Part shown: positions 7,370-15,786 of the stretch, in pieces
Position numbering within the stretch: position 1 is the stretch's first letter
Layout of the letters: each line of letters begins with the position of its first letter
Origin: Longivirga aurantiaca
GTDB taxonomy: Bacteria; Actinomycetota; Actinomycetes; S36-B12; CAIYMF01
NCBI RefSeq assembly: GCF_042660085.1
Contig: NZ_JBHSTI010000034.1
Span: forward strand, 1-24,944
Length of the DNA stretch: 24,944 bases
Direction of reading: 5' to 3'
Notes under the pieces: generated by a model
Told to the model about the DNA's origin: nothing
Seen by the model: only the letters and a program-made list of their open reading frames with translations
Databases searched by the model: none
Made by a program: the position numbers and the translations under genes

Positions 7370-8862
7370 CCGCGCACCAGCAGCTGTCGCGGCCAGCCCG
7401 CCCCGGCAAGCGCCTCGGAGGTCTGCGCCGAGCAGCCGCGCAGGACCGCACGCGCGACCGCGTCGTCGTCGAGCACGCCGCGCCACGGCCAGGTGCGCGT
7501 GCCGTCGGTCGCCGTCACCGACACGGCCGGGGGAGCCGGCGTGCTCGCGCACGCGTAGCGCCACACGACCTCGACCGGCCCGGGGCCGGACGGCACCGTG
7601 CGCCCGGAGAAGACCGTCGGCAGACCGGCATCGCCGCGCACCTCGACCGCGGTGACCGAGCCGGACGACAGCCGTACGTCGAGCGCGATCCGCATCTGCC
7701 GCTCGTCGGACGGGCCGCCGAGCGCCTGCACGACGGGCGCGCCGACCGGTCGTAGGTCGACGTCCGGTGCCCCTGCGCACACGGCGTCGAGCGCCCCCTG
7801 CACGGTGGCCGTCTGCTCGGCGTCCAGTACCAGCGGCACCCGGGTCGTGAACTGCCGGTCGGGTGAGGCGACGTACAGCGGGATCCCGGGCGCCCGAACG
7901 GCATACGAGCTGGGCTCGAGGGTGACGGGCACTCCGACCACGGGCGGCGCGACCTGGGCGCAGCTCGTGACCGACATCAGCACCTCGGTCTGCGCGCCGA
8001 GCCCGGCGGCGAGCCCGACACGGAACGACTGGCCGACGCGCACGCCGCGGTCGTCCTGCTCCACCGGCTCGGATCCGGCCACCAGGTCGAGGGGTGCGTC
8101 GTTGGACAGGACCAGCCCGATCGTGACCGTCCCGCGTGCGAGGTCGGGCCGCGCGGCCAGGTCGTCGATGGCAATCCCGCGCCGGACGGATGACTCCCAG
8201 CAGGTGCGCCGCACCTGGGCGGCCCAGCCTGCGGCTGCGTCGGGGAGGGGGACGGTCGAGCGTGCGGTGCGACCCCAGCGGTCGGTGCGCGTCAGCGCGA
8301 GCTCGAAGTCCTCCGGCTCGGCGGACAGCGAGCGGGGGCTCGCGCAGTCGATCGTCGCCGCGGCCGACCACAGGACGTCAGCCGGTTCCGCATCGTCCGA
8401 GGTGGCGCGGATCGCCGTACCGCGAGACGCGCCCAGCCCGGGCCCGACGATGCCGCTCACCGCGACCGTGTCACCGGTGGGCACTCCGCTGACCACGGCG
8501 CGGGCCAGGACGAGGTCGGAGTCGGCGATCCACGACCCGCCCGGCGTCTCGGTGATCCGCTCGGGGACGGGCACCGACTCCACCGCAGCTACCACGCGGG
8601 GGTCGAAGGGTGGGGGCTCGTTCGCCTGGCGAACCGCGACGACGACGAGGCCGCCCACGGCCAGCACCGAGGCCGCGACGACGACGCCGCGGTGGCGGCG
8701 CATCCACGGCAGCACGCCCGCGTCCTCGAGCCGCTCGGACAGGGACGGCCGGCCGACGCCGTCCTCGAGGGTCTCGGCGGAGTCGGCGCTGCTCGCCGCC
8801 CCGATCACCGAGCCCAGCTCGTCGAGATCGAGGCGTCCGTCACCGCCGGTGCCGACCCCCAT
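7366..8862 (-). CDS. Single-pass membrane protein of six-Cys paralog family, member 2
   Basis: MGVGTGGDGRLDLDELGSVIGAASS...SERLEDAGVLPWMRRHRGVVVAASVLAVGGLVVVAVRQ... Same layout as member 1, 6 Cys. Confidence 0.88.
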   Translation of the reverse strand: MGVGTGGDGRLDLDELGSVIGAASSADSAETLEDGVGRPSLSERLEDAGVLPWMRRHRGVVVAASVLAVGGLVVVAVRQANEPPPFDPRVVAAVESVPVPERITETPGGSWIADSDLVLARAVVSGVPTGDTVAVSGIVGPGLGASRGTAIRATSDDAEPADVLWSAAATIDCASPRSLSAEPEDFELALTRTDRWGRTARSTVPLPDAAAGWAAQVRRTCWESSVRRGIAIDDLAARPDLARGTVTIGLVLSNDAPLDLVAGSEPVEQDDRGVRVGQSFRVGLAAGLGAQTEVLMSVTSCAQVAPPVVGVPVTLEPSSYAVRAPGIPLYVASPDRQFTTRVPLVLDAEQTATVQGALDAVCAGAPDVDLRPVGAPVVQALGGPSDERQMRIALDVRLSSGSVTAVEVRGDAGLPTVFSGRTVPSGPGPVEVVWRYACASTPAPPAVSVTATDGTRTWPWRGVLDDDAVARAVLRGCSAQTSEALAGAGWPRQLLVRG

Positions 8863-8894
8863 GGCCAGACCCTACGGTCGCGCCCGGCGCGGGC

Positions 8895-10424
8895 TCACGA
8901 CGCGCGCCATCCACGGGCCTCGGCCGCGACCACGTCGAGGTCGAGGCCGCAGGCGCGCGCGACGGACTGCAGCAGCGCGAGGTCGTCGACGGGAACCTCG
9001 TAGGGGTGCACGGAGCGGTCGGGCATGAGCACCCGGACCGCCATCCACTGCGGCGACGCCGTCTGCACGCCGGCGCACGACCCGCCGCGGACCGGCACGA
9101 GCATGCGTCCGGCGCCGCCGTCGATGCGGGCCGGCCCGAACGCCCACCGGTCGCCCGTCGCGGGGCCGGGCCCGCCGACCGTCGACGACTCGCTCGTGAG
9201 CACCGAGTCGACGCCCGACTCGCCGCCCGTGAAGTGCTCGCGCCCGAACGTGATCCCGATGCCGTCGGAGCGGGCCGACACGAGTGCCGGCATCTCCCAG
9301 GAGCCGCCGGCGCCGAAGGTCGGCGGGCCGACGTCGTCGATCCCCGCCGTCACGCCGGTGGCTCCGGTGCAGGCGGTCGCCAGAGTCCGAGCCAGAGACT
9401 CCGCGCCGGCCACGGGGTACGACGCGACCCGCGCCCGGCCGCCGAGGCCGACCTCGAGCGTGAGCCCGCCGGCGCCGTCCGGCCCCGACGCGTTCGGCAG
9501 TGCGCCGAGGGGCGTGAGGGCGGGCTGCTCGGTGCAGTCGTGCACGAGCACGCGGGTGGCGAGCAGGCCGAACTCCCCGGGCCGCACCACGACGGCGGGC
9601 GAGAGGTCGACCTCCACACCGGCGCCGGGGTGGCGCGCGGTGCGCAGGGTGAGCGTCTGCGGCGAGGTGTTGGCGACCTCGACGCTGAGGTCGGCCAGGG
9701 GCGTGCCGGGCACCGCGGTCGCGCGCACCGAGCCGATCGTGACGGCGGCCGGGGCGAGAGAGGCGAGGCACCAGTCGGTGATCGCCTTGTCGAGCGAGGT
9801 GACCGGCCGCGTTCCCTCCGTGGCGAGCGGCACCGTCCCGGCCTCGGGATCGCCTCCGACCTGGGACCCGGCGGCCTCGAGCGCGTACGACGATGCGCCG
9901 GCGGTGAGCAGCGACGGGTCGGTGCAGTCGACCCGCGCCGTGATGCCCACGCGCTCCTCGACCTCGCTGGTGACGGGCGCACCGGTGGCTGCGACGTCGC
10001 GCAGCGCGGGCCCGCGCAGGCCGGTGATGCTCACGGTCTCCCCGGGGGTGCGGCCGCGGGCCACGAACGCCACCGACAGCTGCCCGTCCGGGGAGATCTC
10101 CGGGCCGCCGATCGAGTTGCCCTCGAGCACGGCGTTGGCCAGGGCCAGGTCGAACGTCGGCGGCACGTACGGCGGGCGCGAGGTCCACCACGCCGTCGCC
10201 GCGAGCGCGACGACGGCCACCACCGACGTCACGCGCACACCGGCGCGGTGGCGGGCGACGAACGGCGCTGCCCGGGTGTCGACCCAGCGCTGGACCGGGT
10301 TGGGGCGCAGCTCCTCCGCGGCCTCGGGGTCGGCGAGGTCGAGCACTGTGCCCGCGACGGGTCCGCCGGCCGCGTCGACGACGCGGCCGTGCTCGTCGAT
10401 CTCGAGCCGACCGTCGTCGGTCAT
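8895..10424 (-). CDS. Single-pass membrane protein of six-Cys paralog family, member 3 (more divergent)
   Basis: MTDDGRLEIDEHGRVVDAAGG...PFVARHRAGVRVTSVVAVVALAATAWW... 6 Cys in the same order. GTG at 10431-10433 is an alternative start. Confidence 0.83.
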   Translation of the reverse strand: MTDDGRLEIDEHGRVVDAAGGPVAGTVLDLADPEAAEELRPNPVQRWVDTRAAPFVARHRAGVRVTSVVAVVALAATAWWTSRPPYVPPTFDLALANAVLEGNSIGGPEISPDGQLSVAFVARGRTPGETVSITGLRGPALRDVAATGAPVTSEVEERVGITARVDCTDPSLLTAGASSYALEAAGSQVGGDPEAGTVPLATEGTRPVTSLDKAITDWCLASLAPAAVTIGSVRATAVPGTPLADLSVEVANTSPQTLTLRTARHPGAGVEVDLSPAVVVRPGEFGLLATRVLVHDCTEQPALTPLGALPNASGPDGAGGLTLEVGLGGRARVASYPVAGAESLARTLATACTGATGVTAGIDDVGPPTFGAGGSWEMPALVSARSDGIGITFGREHFTGGESGVDSVLTSESSTVGGPGPATGDRWAFGPARIDGGAGRMLVPVRGGSCAGVQTASPQWMAVRVLMPDRSVHPYEVPVDDLALLQSVARACGLDLDVVAAEARGWRAS

Positions 10425-10484
10425 CGCAGGCACACCACGGGGCGACGGTAGGCGCGGATCCGCACGTGCGCACCTGAGACGCCG

Positions 10485-11960
10485 CTACCGGACGACGCTC
10501 GCGACCGTCTGACCGCACAGCCGGTCGACGTTCACCCGCAGGGAATCGCCCCGCAGGCGCAGGACGTAGGGACGACGTACGTCGTCGCTCACGAGGCGTA
10601 CGGGGAGCTTCGGTGGGCCGGCAGCGAGCAGGTCGAAGCACTGCGGAAGGTCCCAGCGCAGGTGCAGGCGGGCGACGCCATTGCTCACGATCACCGGGCT
10701 CTCGAAGGCCGTGACGAGTCCGCCCGGCCCGGCGGGCAGCGCCTGCACCTCGACGAGGAACGACTGGGGTGCCGCGACGTCGACGTACATCGTGAGGGTG
10801 CCGGCTGACTCCTCCGTGGTGCCGCCCGCCACTCGTGCCCGCACCAGCGTCGCGGTCGGCGGGGTCGCGGTGCAGGTGGAGCGGAGCGCGGCGGCCACGG
10901 CGTCGAGGGCGGCGGTGTCGAGCGGGAGGGTGAAGGTGGGGGCGAGGCGATCGCCCTCTGGCCCGTCGCCGATCGTGGCCCGGAGCGGAACGCCGGCCGA
11001 CAGCGGTGCGACCGGGTCGGTGCAGTCCTCGGGCCACAGCCGGACGGGCACCCAGGCGTCGGTGCCCGCGGGGATGTCGACGTCGGGACCGTTGGAGACG
11101 ATCGTGGGGCCGGCGGTGGTCGAGACGTGCAGGGCCCGCCAGTCCTGGCCCGAGGTGTTGCGGACGTGCAGCCGGACGTCGGTGGCGATGGCGCCCGGCA
11201 CCGCCGCGACGTCGACGGCCTCGACCGTGAGGTCGCGCTCCGCGGCGATCTGCACGCACGCGGCGCGGACGTCGTTGAGCCACTCCTCGCCGCCCGCGAG
11301 CGGCACGGAGTCCTCCCGCACCTCGCCGAGCGCGGACGTGCGCCGGATCTGCACGCGGTAGTCGCGGGCGCGGGCCGACGCCACCGCTGCCGTCGCCTCC
11401 GGTGTCGAGCACTCCACCTGCGAGGTCATCGCGCCCGTCACGGTGTCGCCCGGCAGCGCGCTGATCACGCGCGACTGCGGACGGCTGAGACCCGGGCCCA
11501 CGACGCCGATGGTCTCGACGGTGGTGCCGGCCGGCTCGTCGGAGCTCAGCAGCACGAGCTGGGTGATGGCGGTGACCTGGCCGGTGGCGGCGTCGACGAT
11601 GAGACGGGCGGGCTCGTTGCCGCCGGTCGTGACCGCTACCCGGGGATCGGCCATCGGCGTCGGGCGCCCGCTCCACCAGATGCCGCTCGCGATGAGCGCC
11701 ACCGCGAGCGCGACCACGGCCGTGCCGGTGAGCGCGCGGTGGCCGCGGACCCAGGGCAGCGCGCCGGTCGACTCGAGGTGCTCGCGGATCCGCTCCGACA
11801 GCAGCGGCCGTTCGTCGTCGCCGACGATGTCGAGGGTCGTCGTCTCGTCGAGGTGGTCGAGATCGAGCCGGCCGTCGAGGCTGTCGCCGTACCGCGTGCC
11901 GTCCTCGGACCTGCCGCCGCGCGCGCGTCCCCACCCGCCGGGGGGAGGGGACGTGGTCAT
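10485..11960 (-). CDS. Single-pass membrane protein of six-Cys paralog family, member 4 (first paralog of operon)
   Basis: ...DSLDGRLDLDHLDETTTLDIVGDDERPLLSERIREHLESTGALPWVRGHRALTGTAVVALAVALIASGIWW... 6 Cys in the same order. Starts 12 nt downstream of the HAD gene. Confidence 0.85.
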   Translation of the reverse strand: MTTSPPPGGWGRARGGRSEDGTRYGDSLDGRLDLDHLDETTTLDIVGDDERPLLSERIREHLESTGALPWVRGHRALTGTAVVALAVALIASGIWWSGRPTPMADPRVAVTTGGNEPARLIVDAATGQVTAITQLVLLSSDEPAGTTVETIGVVGPGLSRPQSRVISALPGDTVTGAMTSQVECSTPEATAAVASARARDYRVQIRRTSALGEVREDSVPLAGGEEWLNDVRAACVQIAAERDLTVEAVDVAAVPGAIATDVRLHVRNTSGQDWRALHVSTTAGPTIVSNGPDVDIPAGTDAWVPVRLWPEDCTDPVAPLSAGVPLRATIGDGPEGDRLAPTFTLPLDTAALDAVAAALRSTCTATPPTATLVRARVAGGTTEESAGTLTMYVDVAAPQSFLVEVQALPAGPGGLVTAFESPVIVSNGVARLHLRWDLPQCFDLLAAGPPKLPVRLVSDDVRRPYVLRLRGDSLRVNVDRLCGQTVASVVR

Positions 11961-11972
11961 GGCCGCTGCTCG

Positions 11973-12779
11973 CTACGCCGCCGAGCCGCGACGGCGGCTG
12001 GCGTACCAGGCGATGCCGAGCGCCACGGTGGCGGCGCCCACCCGCAGCGCGGTGCGGCGGTTCTTCTCGGTGTTGAGCTGGGAGAGCCGCTCGCGCATGG
12101 TCTTCATCGCGACGGGCCGGGCGAAGTCGACGATCGGCCACTCGCGGTCGACCGCGATCTTGCGCAGCGGGGCGTCGGGGTTCACGCACACCGGGTGCCC
12201 GACGATCTCGAGCATCGGCAGGTCGGTCATCGAGTCGGTGTAGGCGTAGCAGTCGGCCAGGTCGTAGCCGTTCTCCTCGGCGAGCGCGCGCATGGCCTCG
12301 GCCTTGCCCTCGCCGTACGCGTAGAACACGATCTCGCCGGTGTACTTGCCGTCCTCGATCGCGACCTGCGTGCCGATCGCGCGGTCGACGCCGAGGCGCT
12401 CGCCGATCGGCTCGACCACCTCGGTGCCGGACGAGCTGATGATGATGACGTCGCGCCCTGCCTCCTTGTGCTGCGCGATGAGGTCGACCGCCTCCTCGTA
12501 GACCATCGGGTCGACGATCTCGTCGAGGGTCTCGGACACGATCTGCTTGACCGTCTCGACGTCCCAGCCGCTCACGAGGTCGGACATGTACTTGCGCATG
12601 TACTCGAGCTGGTCGTGGTCGGCGCCGGACGCGACGTAGGAGAACTGCGCGTACGCGCTCTTGAGGACGTCGGCCCGCCCGAGCAGGCCACCCTTGTAGA
12701 ACGGGCGCGCGAACGCCAGCGAGCTCGACTTGGCGAGGATCGTCTTGTCGAGGTCGAAGAACGCAGCGCTGCGGGACAT
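11973..12779 (-). CDS. HAD-superfamily subfamily IB phosphatase (SerB-like, Rv3661-like)
   Basis: MSRSAAFFDLDKTILAKSSSLAFARPFYKGGLL, VIIISSSGTEVVEPIGERLGVDRAIGT, GEGKAEAMRALAEENGYDLADCYAYTDSMTDLPMLEIVGHPVCVNPD; C-terminal TM. Confidence 0.93.
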   Translation of the reverse strand: MSRSAAFFDLDKTILAKSSSLAFARPFYKGGLLGRADVLKSAYAQFSYVASGADHDQLEYMRKYMSDLVSGWDVETVKQIVSETLDEIVDPMVYEEAVDLIAQHKEAGRDVIIISSSGTEVVEPIGERLGVDRAIGTQVAIEDGKYTGEIVFYAYGEGKAEAMRALAEENGYDLADCYAYTDSMTDLPMLEIVGHPVCVNPDAPLRKIAVDREWPIVDFARPVAMKTMRERLSQLNTEKNRRTALRVGAATVALGIAWYASRRRGSAA

Positions 12780-12833
12780 GGGTCGATGGTAGGCGCGCTG
12801 GCCGACCGCGGTGCGCCTCTGGACGCCGCTTCG

Positions 12834-12870
12834 TCGTCCACAGCCCGTCACGCGCGGCGCGTCGTCCACA
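12834..12870. promoter_or_regulatory. Pair of DnaA-box-like nonamers (tcgtccaca at 12834-12842 and 12862-12870) in the HAD / ssd divergent intergenic region
   Basis: Each matches 8/9 to TTGTCCACA; start-to-start spacing 28 bp. Confidence 0.3.
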
Positions 12871-12923
12871 GGCGACGCCAGGCGGAACCGGTCTCCGGGG
12901 GTGGTCGTCGGGACGGTCGGGCC

Positions 12924-13967
12924 ATGGCTGCGACGACCCTGCTGGTGACCGACGACCCCGTGCTGACCGACCTCGTCCGCCGCGTGGTGGCCGTGACCGG
13001 ACGCGACCTCGAGGTGGTCGCCGACCCGCGGGGCGCGCGGGCGTCCTGGGCGCGCGCCGACGACGTGATCGTGGGCGGCGACGCCATCCGCGCATGCCTC
13101 GCCGCCGGGGTGCGGCGACGGCCCCGGGTGACTGTCGTGACCTCCGGCGACGCCGAGCTGCCGTGGCCCGAGGTGCTGGCGCTCGGCGCCGAGGCCGTGG
13201 TGCCGCTGCCGGCGGGCGAGGGGCAGCTGCTCGAACGCCTGGCGACGAGCGCGCACGCCGAGGGTGGCGGCCTCGTCGTGGGCGTCGTCGGCGGGAGCGG
13301 CGGCGCGGGCGCGAGCGTGCTGGCGGCGGCCCTGTGCCTCGCCGCGGTCCGGGCACGGCTCGCGCCGCTGCTGCTCGACGCCGACCCCGACGGCCCGGGC
13401 GCCGACCTCCTGCTCGGGGCCGAGGACGCGACCGGCGCCCGGTGGCGCGACCTGGCCGACGTGACCTCGGCCCTGGACCCCGCGAGCCTGCGGGCCGCCC
13501 TTCCGCAGGCGCACGGCGTGCACGTGCTCGCGGTGGACCGCGGCGACGGGCAGGCGCTGCCGCTCGCCGCGCTCGACCCCGTGGTGACGAGCGCCCGGCA
13601 CGCCTTCGACCTGGTCGTGCTCGACCTCGCCCGGGCCTCTGCTTCCGAGCGGGCCGCGGCGGCCTGCGACGTCGTCCTCCTCGTCGCGACCGGTGACGTG
13701 CGCGGTGCGACGTCGGCGGCGCGCACGGTGTCCCGGCTACGCGGCGAGGCGCCGCTGCGGCTGGTGGCCCGGCAGGTCCCGGGCGGGGGCCTGGATGGTC
13801 CGGCCCTCGCCGACTGGCTCGACCTCCCGTCGGCCGCCGACCTCGGGCACGACCCGCGCCTGCTCGCGTCGCTCGACCGCGGCGATCCGCCTGGCGCGGG
13901 CGGGCGGCTGGCGAAGGTGTGCGACCAGCTGCTGGCAGCGGTCCTCGGCGAGCGGGCCGCGGCATGA
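12924..13967 (+). CDS. ssd: CpaE/Ssd-like protein (septum-site-determining-like P-loop ATPase of Tad locus)
   Basis: GLVVGVVGGSGGAGASVLAAALCLAAVRARLAPLLLDADPDGPGADLLLG (deviant Walker A plus DADPxGxG), followed by TadA. Confidence 0.88.
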   Translation: MAATTLLVTDDPVLTDLVRRVVAVTGRDLEVVADPRGARASWARADDVIVGGDAIRACLAAGVRRRPRVTVVTSGDAELPWPEVLALGAEAVVPLPAGEGQLLERLATSAHAEGGGLVVGVVGGSGGAGASVLAAALCLAAVRARLAPLLLDADPDGPGADLLLGAEDATGARWRDLADVTSALDPASLRAALPQAHGVHVLAVDRGDGQALPLAALDPVVTSARHAFDLVVLDLARASASERAAAACDVVLLVATGDVRGATSAARTVSRLRGEAPLRLVARQVPGGGLDGPALADWLDLPSAADLGHDPRLLASLDRGDPPGAGGRLAKVCDQLLAAVLGERAAA

Positions 13968-15130
13968 GCCCGGACTCCGACGTCCTCGACCGCGTGCGGA
14001 CCCGGCTGCTGGCCGCCGGTGTCGCCCCCACCGGCGCCGAGGTGGCGCGGGCACTGCGGGAGGACGGCGTGCTCCTCGGCGGCGACAGCCTGCTCGCCGA
14101 GGCCGAGCGCGTGCAGGCCGAGCTCTCCGGCGCCGGACCGCTCGAGCCGCTGCTGCGCACGCCCGACGTGACCGACGTCCTCGTCACCGCGCCGGACGAG
14201 GTGTGGGTCGACCGGGGCTCGGGCGTCGAGCGGGTGCCGGTGCGGTTCCGCGACGAGGCCGCCGTACGCCGGCTGGCGCAGCGCCTCGCCGCGAGCTGCG
14301 GCCGCCGGCTCGACGACGCCGTGCCCTACGTCGACGGACGGCTCCCGGACGGCACCCGGCTGCACGCGGTGCTGGCACCGGTGTCGGTCGGTGGCACCTG
14401 CCTGTCGCTGCGCGTGCCGCGCCGCCGCAGCTTCAGCCTCGACGAGCTCGTGGCCGCCGGGTCGATGCCGGCAGAGCTGGGCCCGTGGCTGCGCGCCGTG
14501 GTGCGCGCGCGGCTGGCGATCGTCGTGAGCGGCGGCACCGGCACGGGCAAGACCACGTGGGTCTCCATGCTCCTGGCCTCGTGCGACGCCCGGGACCGCA
14601 TCGTCGTGGTCGAGGATTCCGCCGAGCTCGTGCCCGACCATCCGCACGTCGTGCGGCTCGAGTCGCGGCCGCCCAACATCGAGGGCGCGGGTGCGATCAC
14701 CCTAAGGGACCTCGTGCGCCAGAGCCTGCGCATGCGGCCCGACCGCGTCGTGGTCGGCGAGGTGCGCGGTGCCGAGGTGGTCGACATGCTCGCCGCGTTC
14801 AACACCGGGCACGAGGGCGGGCTGACCACCGTGCACGCCAACAGCGCCGCCGACGTGCCCGCGAGGCTCGAGGCGCTGGCGCTGACCGGTGGGCTCGACC
14901 GCGTCGCAGCGCACGCGCAGATGGCGGCGGGCCTCGACGTCGTCGTCCATCTGCAGCGCGGCCGTGACGGAGTACGCCGCTGGGCCTCGGTCTCGGTCGC
15001 GCGCCGCGTCGGCGAGGTCACGGTGCTCGACGACGCGCTCCGGCGCTCCGGCACGGGCGGTCTCGAACCGGGCCCGGGGTACGCGCGGCTCGTCGACCGC
15101 CTCGGCAGCCACGCGCCGGTGCTCCCGTGA
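13964..15130 (+). CDS. tadA: TadA/CpaF family secretion ATPase
   Basis: RLAIVVSGGTGTGKTTWVSMLLASCDARDRIVVVEDSAELVPDHPHVVRLESR, TLRDLVRQSLRMRPDRVVVGEVRGAEVVDMLAAFNTGHEGGLTTVHANSA. ATGA overlap with ssd. Confidence 0.97.
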   Translation: MSPDSDVLDRVRTRLLAAGVAPTGAEVARALREDGVLLGGDSLLAEAERVQAELSGAGPLEPLLRTPDVTDVLVTAPDEVWVDRGSGVERVPVRFRDEAAVRRLAQRLAASCGRRLDDAVPYVDGRLPDGTRLHAVLAPVSVGGTCLSLRVPRRRSFSLDELVAAGSMPAELGPWLRAVVRARLAIVVSGGTGTGKTTWVSMLLASCDARDRIVVVEDSAELVPDHPHVVRLESRPPNIEGAGAITLRDLVRQSLRMRPDRVVVGEVRGAEVVDMLAAFNTGHEGGLTTVHANSAADVPARLEALALTGGLDRVAAHAQMAAGLDVVVHLQRGRDGVRRWASVSVARRVGEVTVLDDALRRSGTGGLEPGPGYARLVDRLGSHAPVLP

Positions 15131-15786
15131 CCGCCATGGTGACGGCCGCCCTCGTCGCGGCTGCACTGGTGCTCGTGCTGCTGCCGGGCCGACCCCCTGC
15201 TCGGCACCGGCGTCGGTCGTGGGCCCCGTCGGTGCCTCGCCCGGCCCGGGCGGCCGAGCGTCGGCGGGCCGAGCTCGAGTGGGTGGAGGCGCTCGCGGCG
15301 GAGACCCGCGCGGGCCGCGACCCGGCGTCGGCCGTCGTCGCCGCGGGATCGGAGTCGATGCCCTCGCCCGCGATCGCCCGGGCCGTGGCGGCGGCCGGCG
15401 GCGGTGGCGACGTGGCAGCCGCGCTGCGGTCGCCCGACGGGGCGTCCGACCTCATGCGCGCCGTCGCCGCCTGCTGGGAGGTGGCGCACGGCTCGGGTGC
15501 GGGGCTCTCGGCGTCGCTCGCGGCGCTCGCCGACGCGGGGCGCGAGTCCGAGCGCGTGCGCCGCGACCTGCGCGCGGGGCTCGCCGAGCCCCGCGCCACA
15601 GCGGTCGTGCTGGCTGCGCTGCCCGTGGTCGGCCTCGGTCTCGGTGCCGGCCTCGGCGCGGATCCGTTCGCGTGGCTGCTGCGCACCGGGCCCGGCCTCG
15701 CGGTGCTCGCCGCCGGCGTCGCGCTGGAGCTCGTCGGCGTGCTGTGGTCGTGGCGGATCGTCACCGCTCTCGAGGCCGACCTGTGA
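15127..15786 (+). CDS. tadB: TadB-like type II secretion F membrane protein
   Basis: T2SS-F-like segment (LPSPAIARAVAAAGGGGDVAAALRSPDGASDLMRAVAACWEVAHGSGAGLSASLAALADAGRESERVRRDLRAGLAEPRATAVVLAALPVVGLGLG) with TM helices. GTGA overlap with tadA. Confidence 0.85.
   Translation: MTAMVTAALVAAALVLVLLPGRPPARHRRRSWAPSVPRPARAAERRRAELEWVEALAAETRAGRDPASAVVAAGSESMPSPAIARAVAAAGGGGDVAAALRSPDGASDLMRAVAACWEVAHGSGAGLSASLAALADAGRESERVRRDLRAGLAEPRATAVVLAALPVVGLGLGAGLGADPFAWLLRTGPGLAVLAAGVALELVGVLWSWRIVTALEADL

Noticed and set aside
5816-7558. 580-aa and similar plus-strand ORFs opposite the paralog operon
   Set aside because: Shadow ORFs; the minus-strand frames carry shared motifs, a TM helix and conserved Cys across four copies, so those are the real genes.
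8872-14187. 1771-aa minus-strand ORF
   Set aside because: Low-complexity R/A/P-rich translation antisense to or out of frame with well-supported genes; high-GC open-frame artefact.
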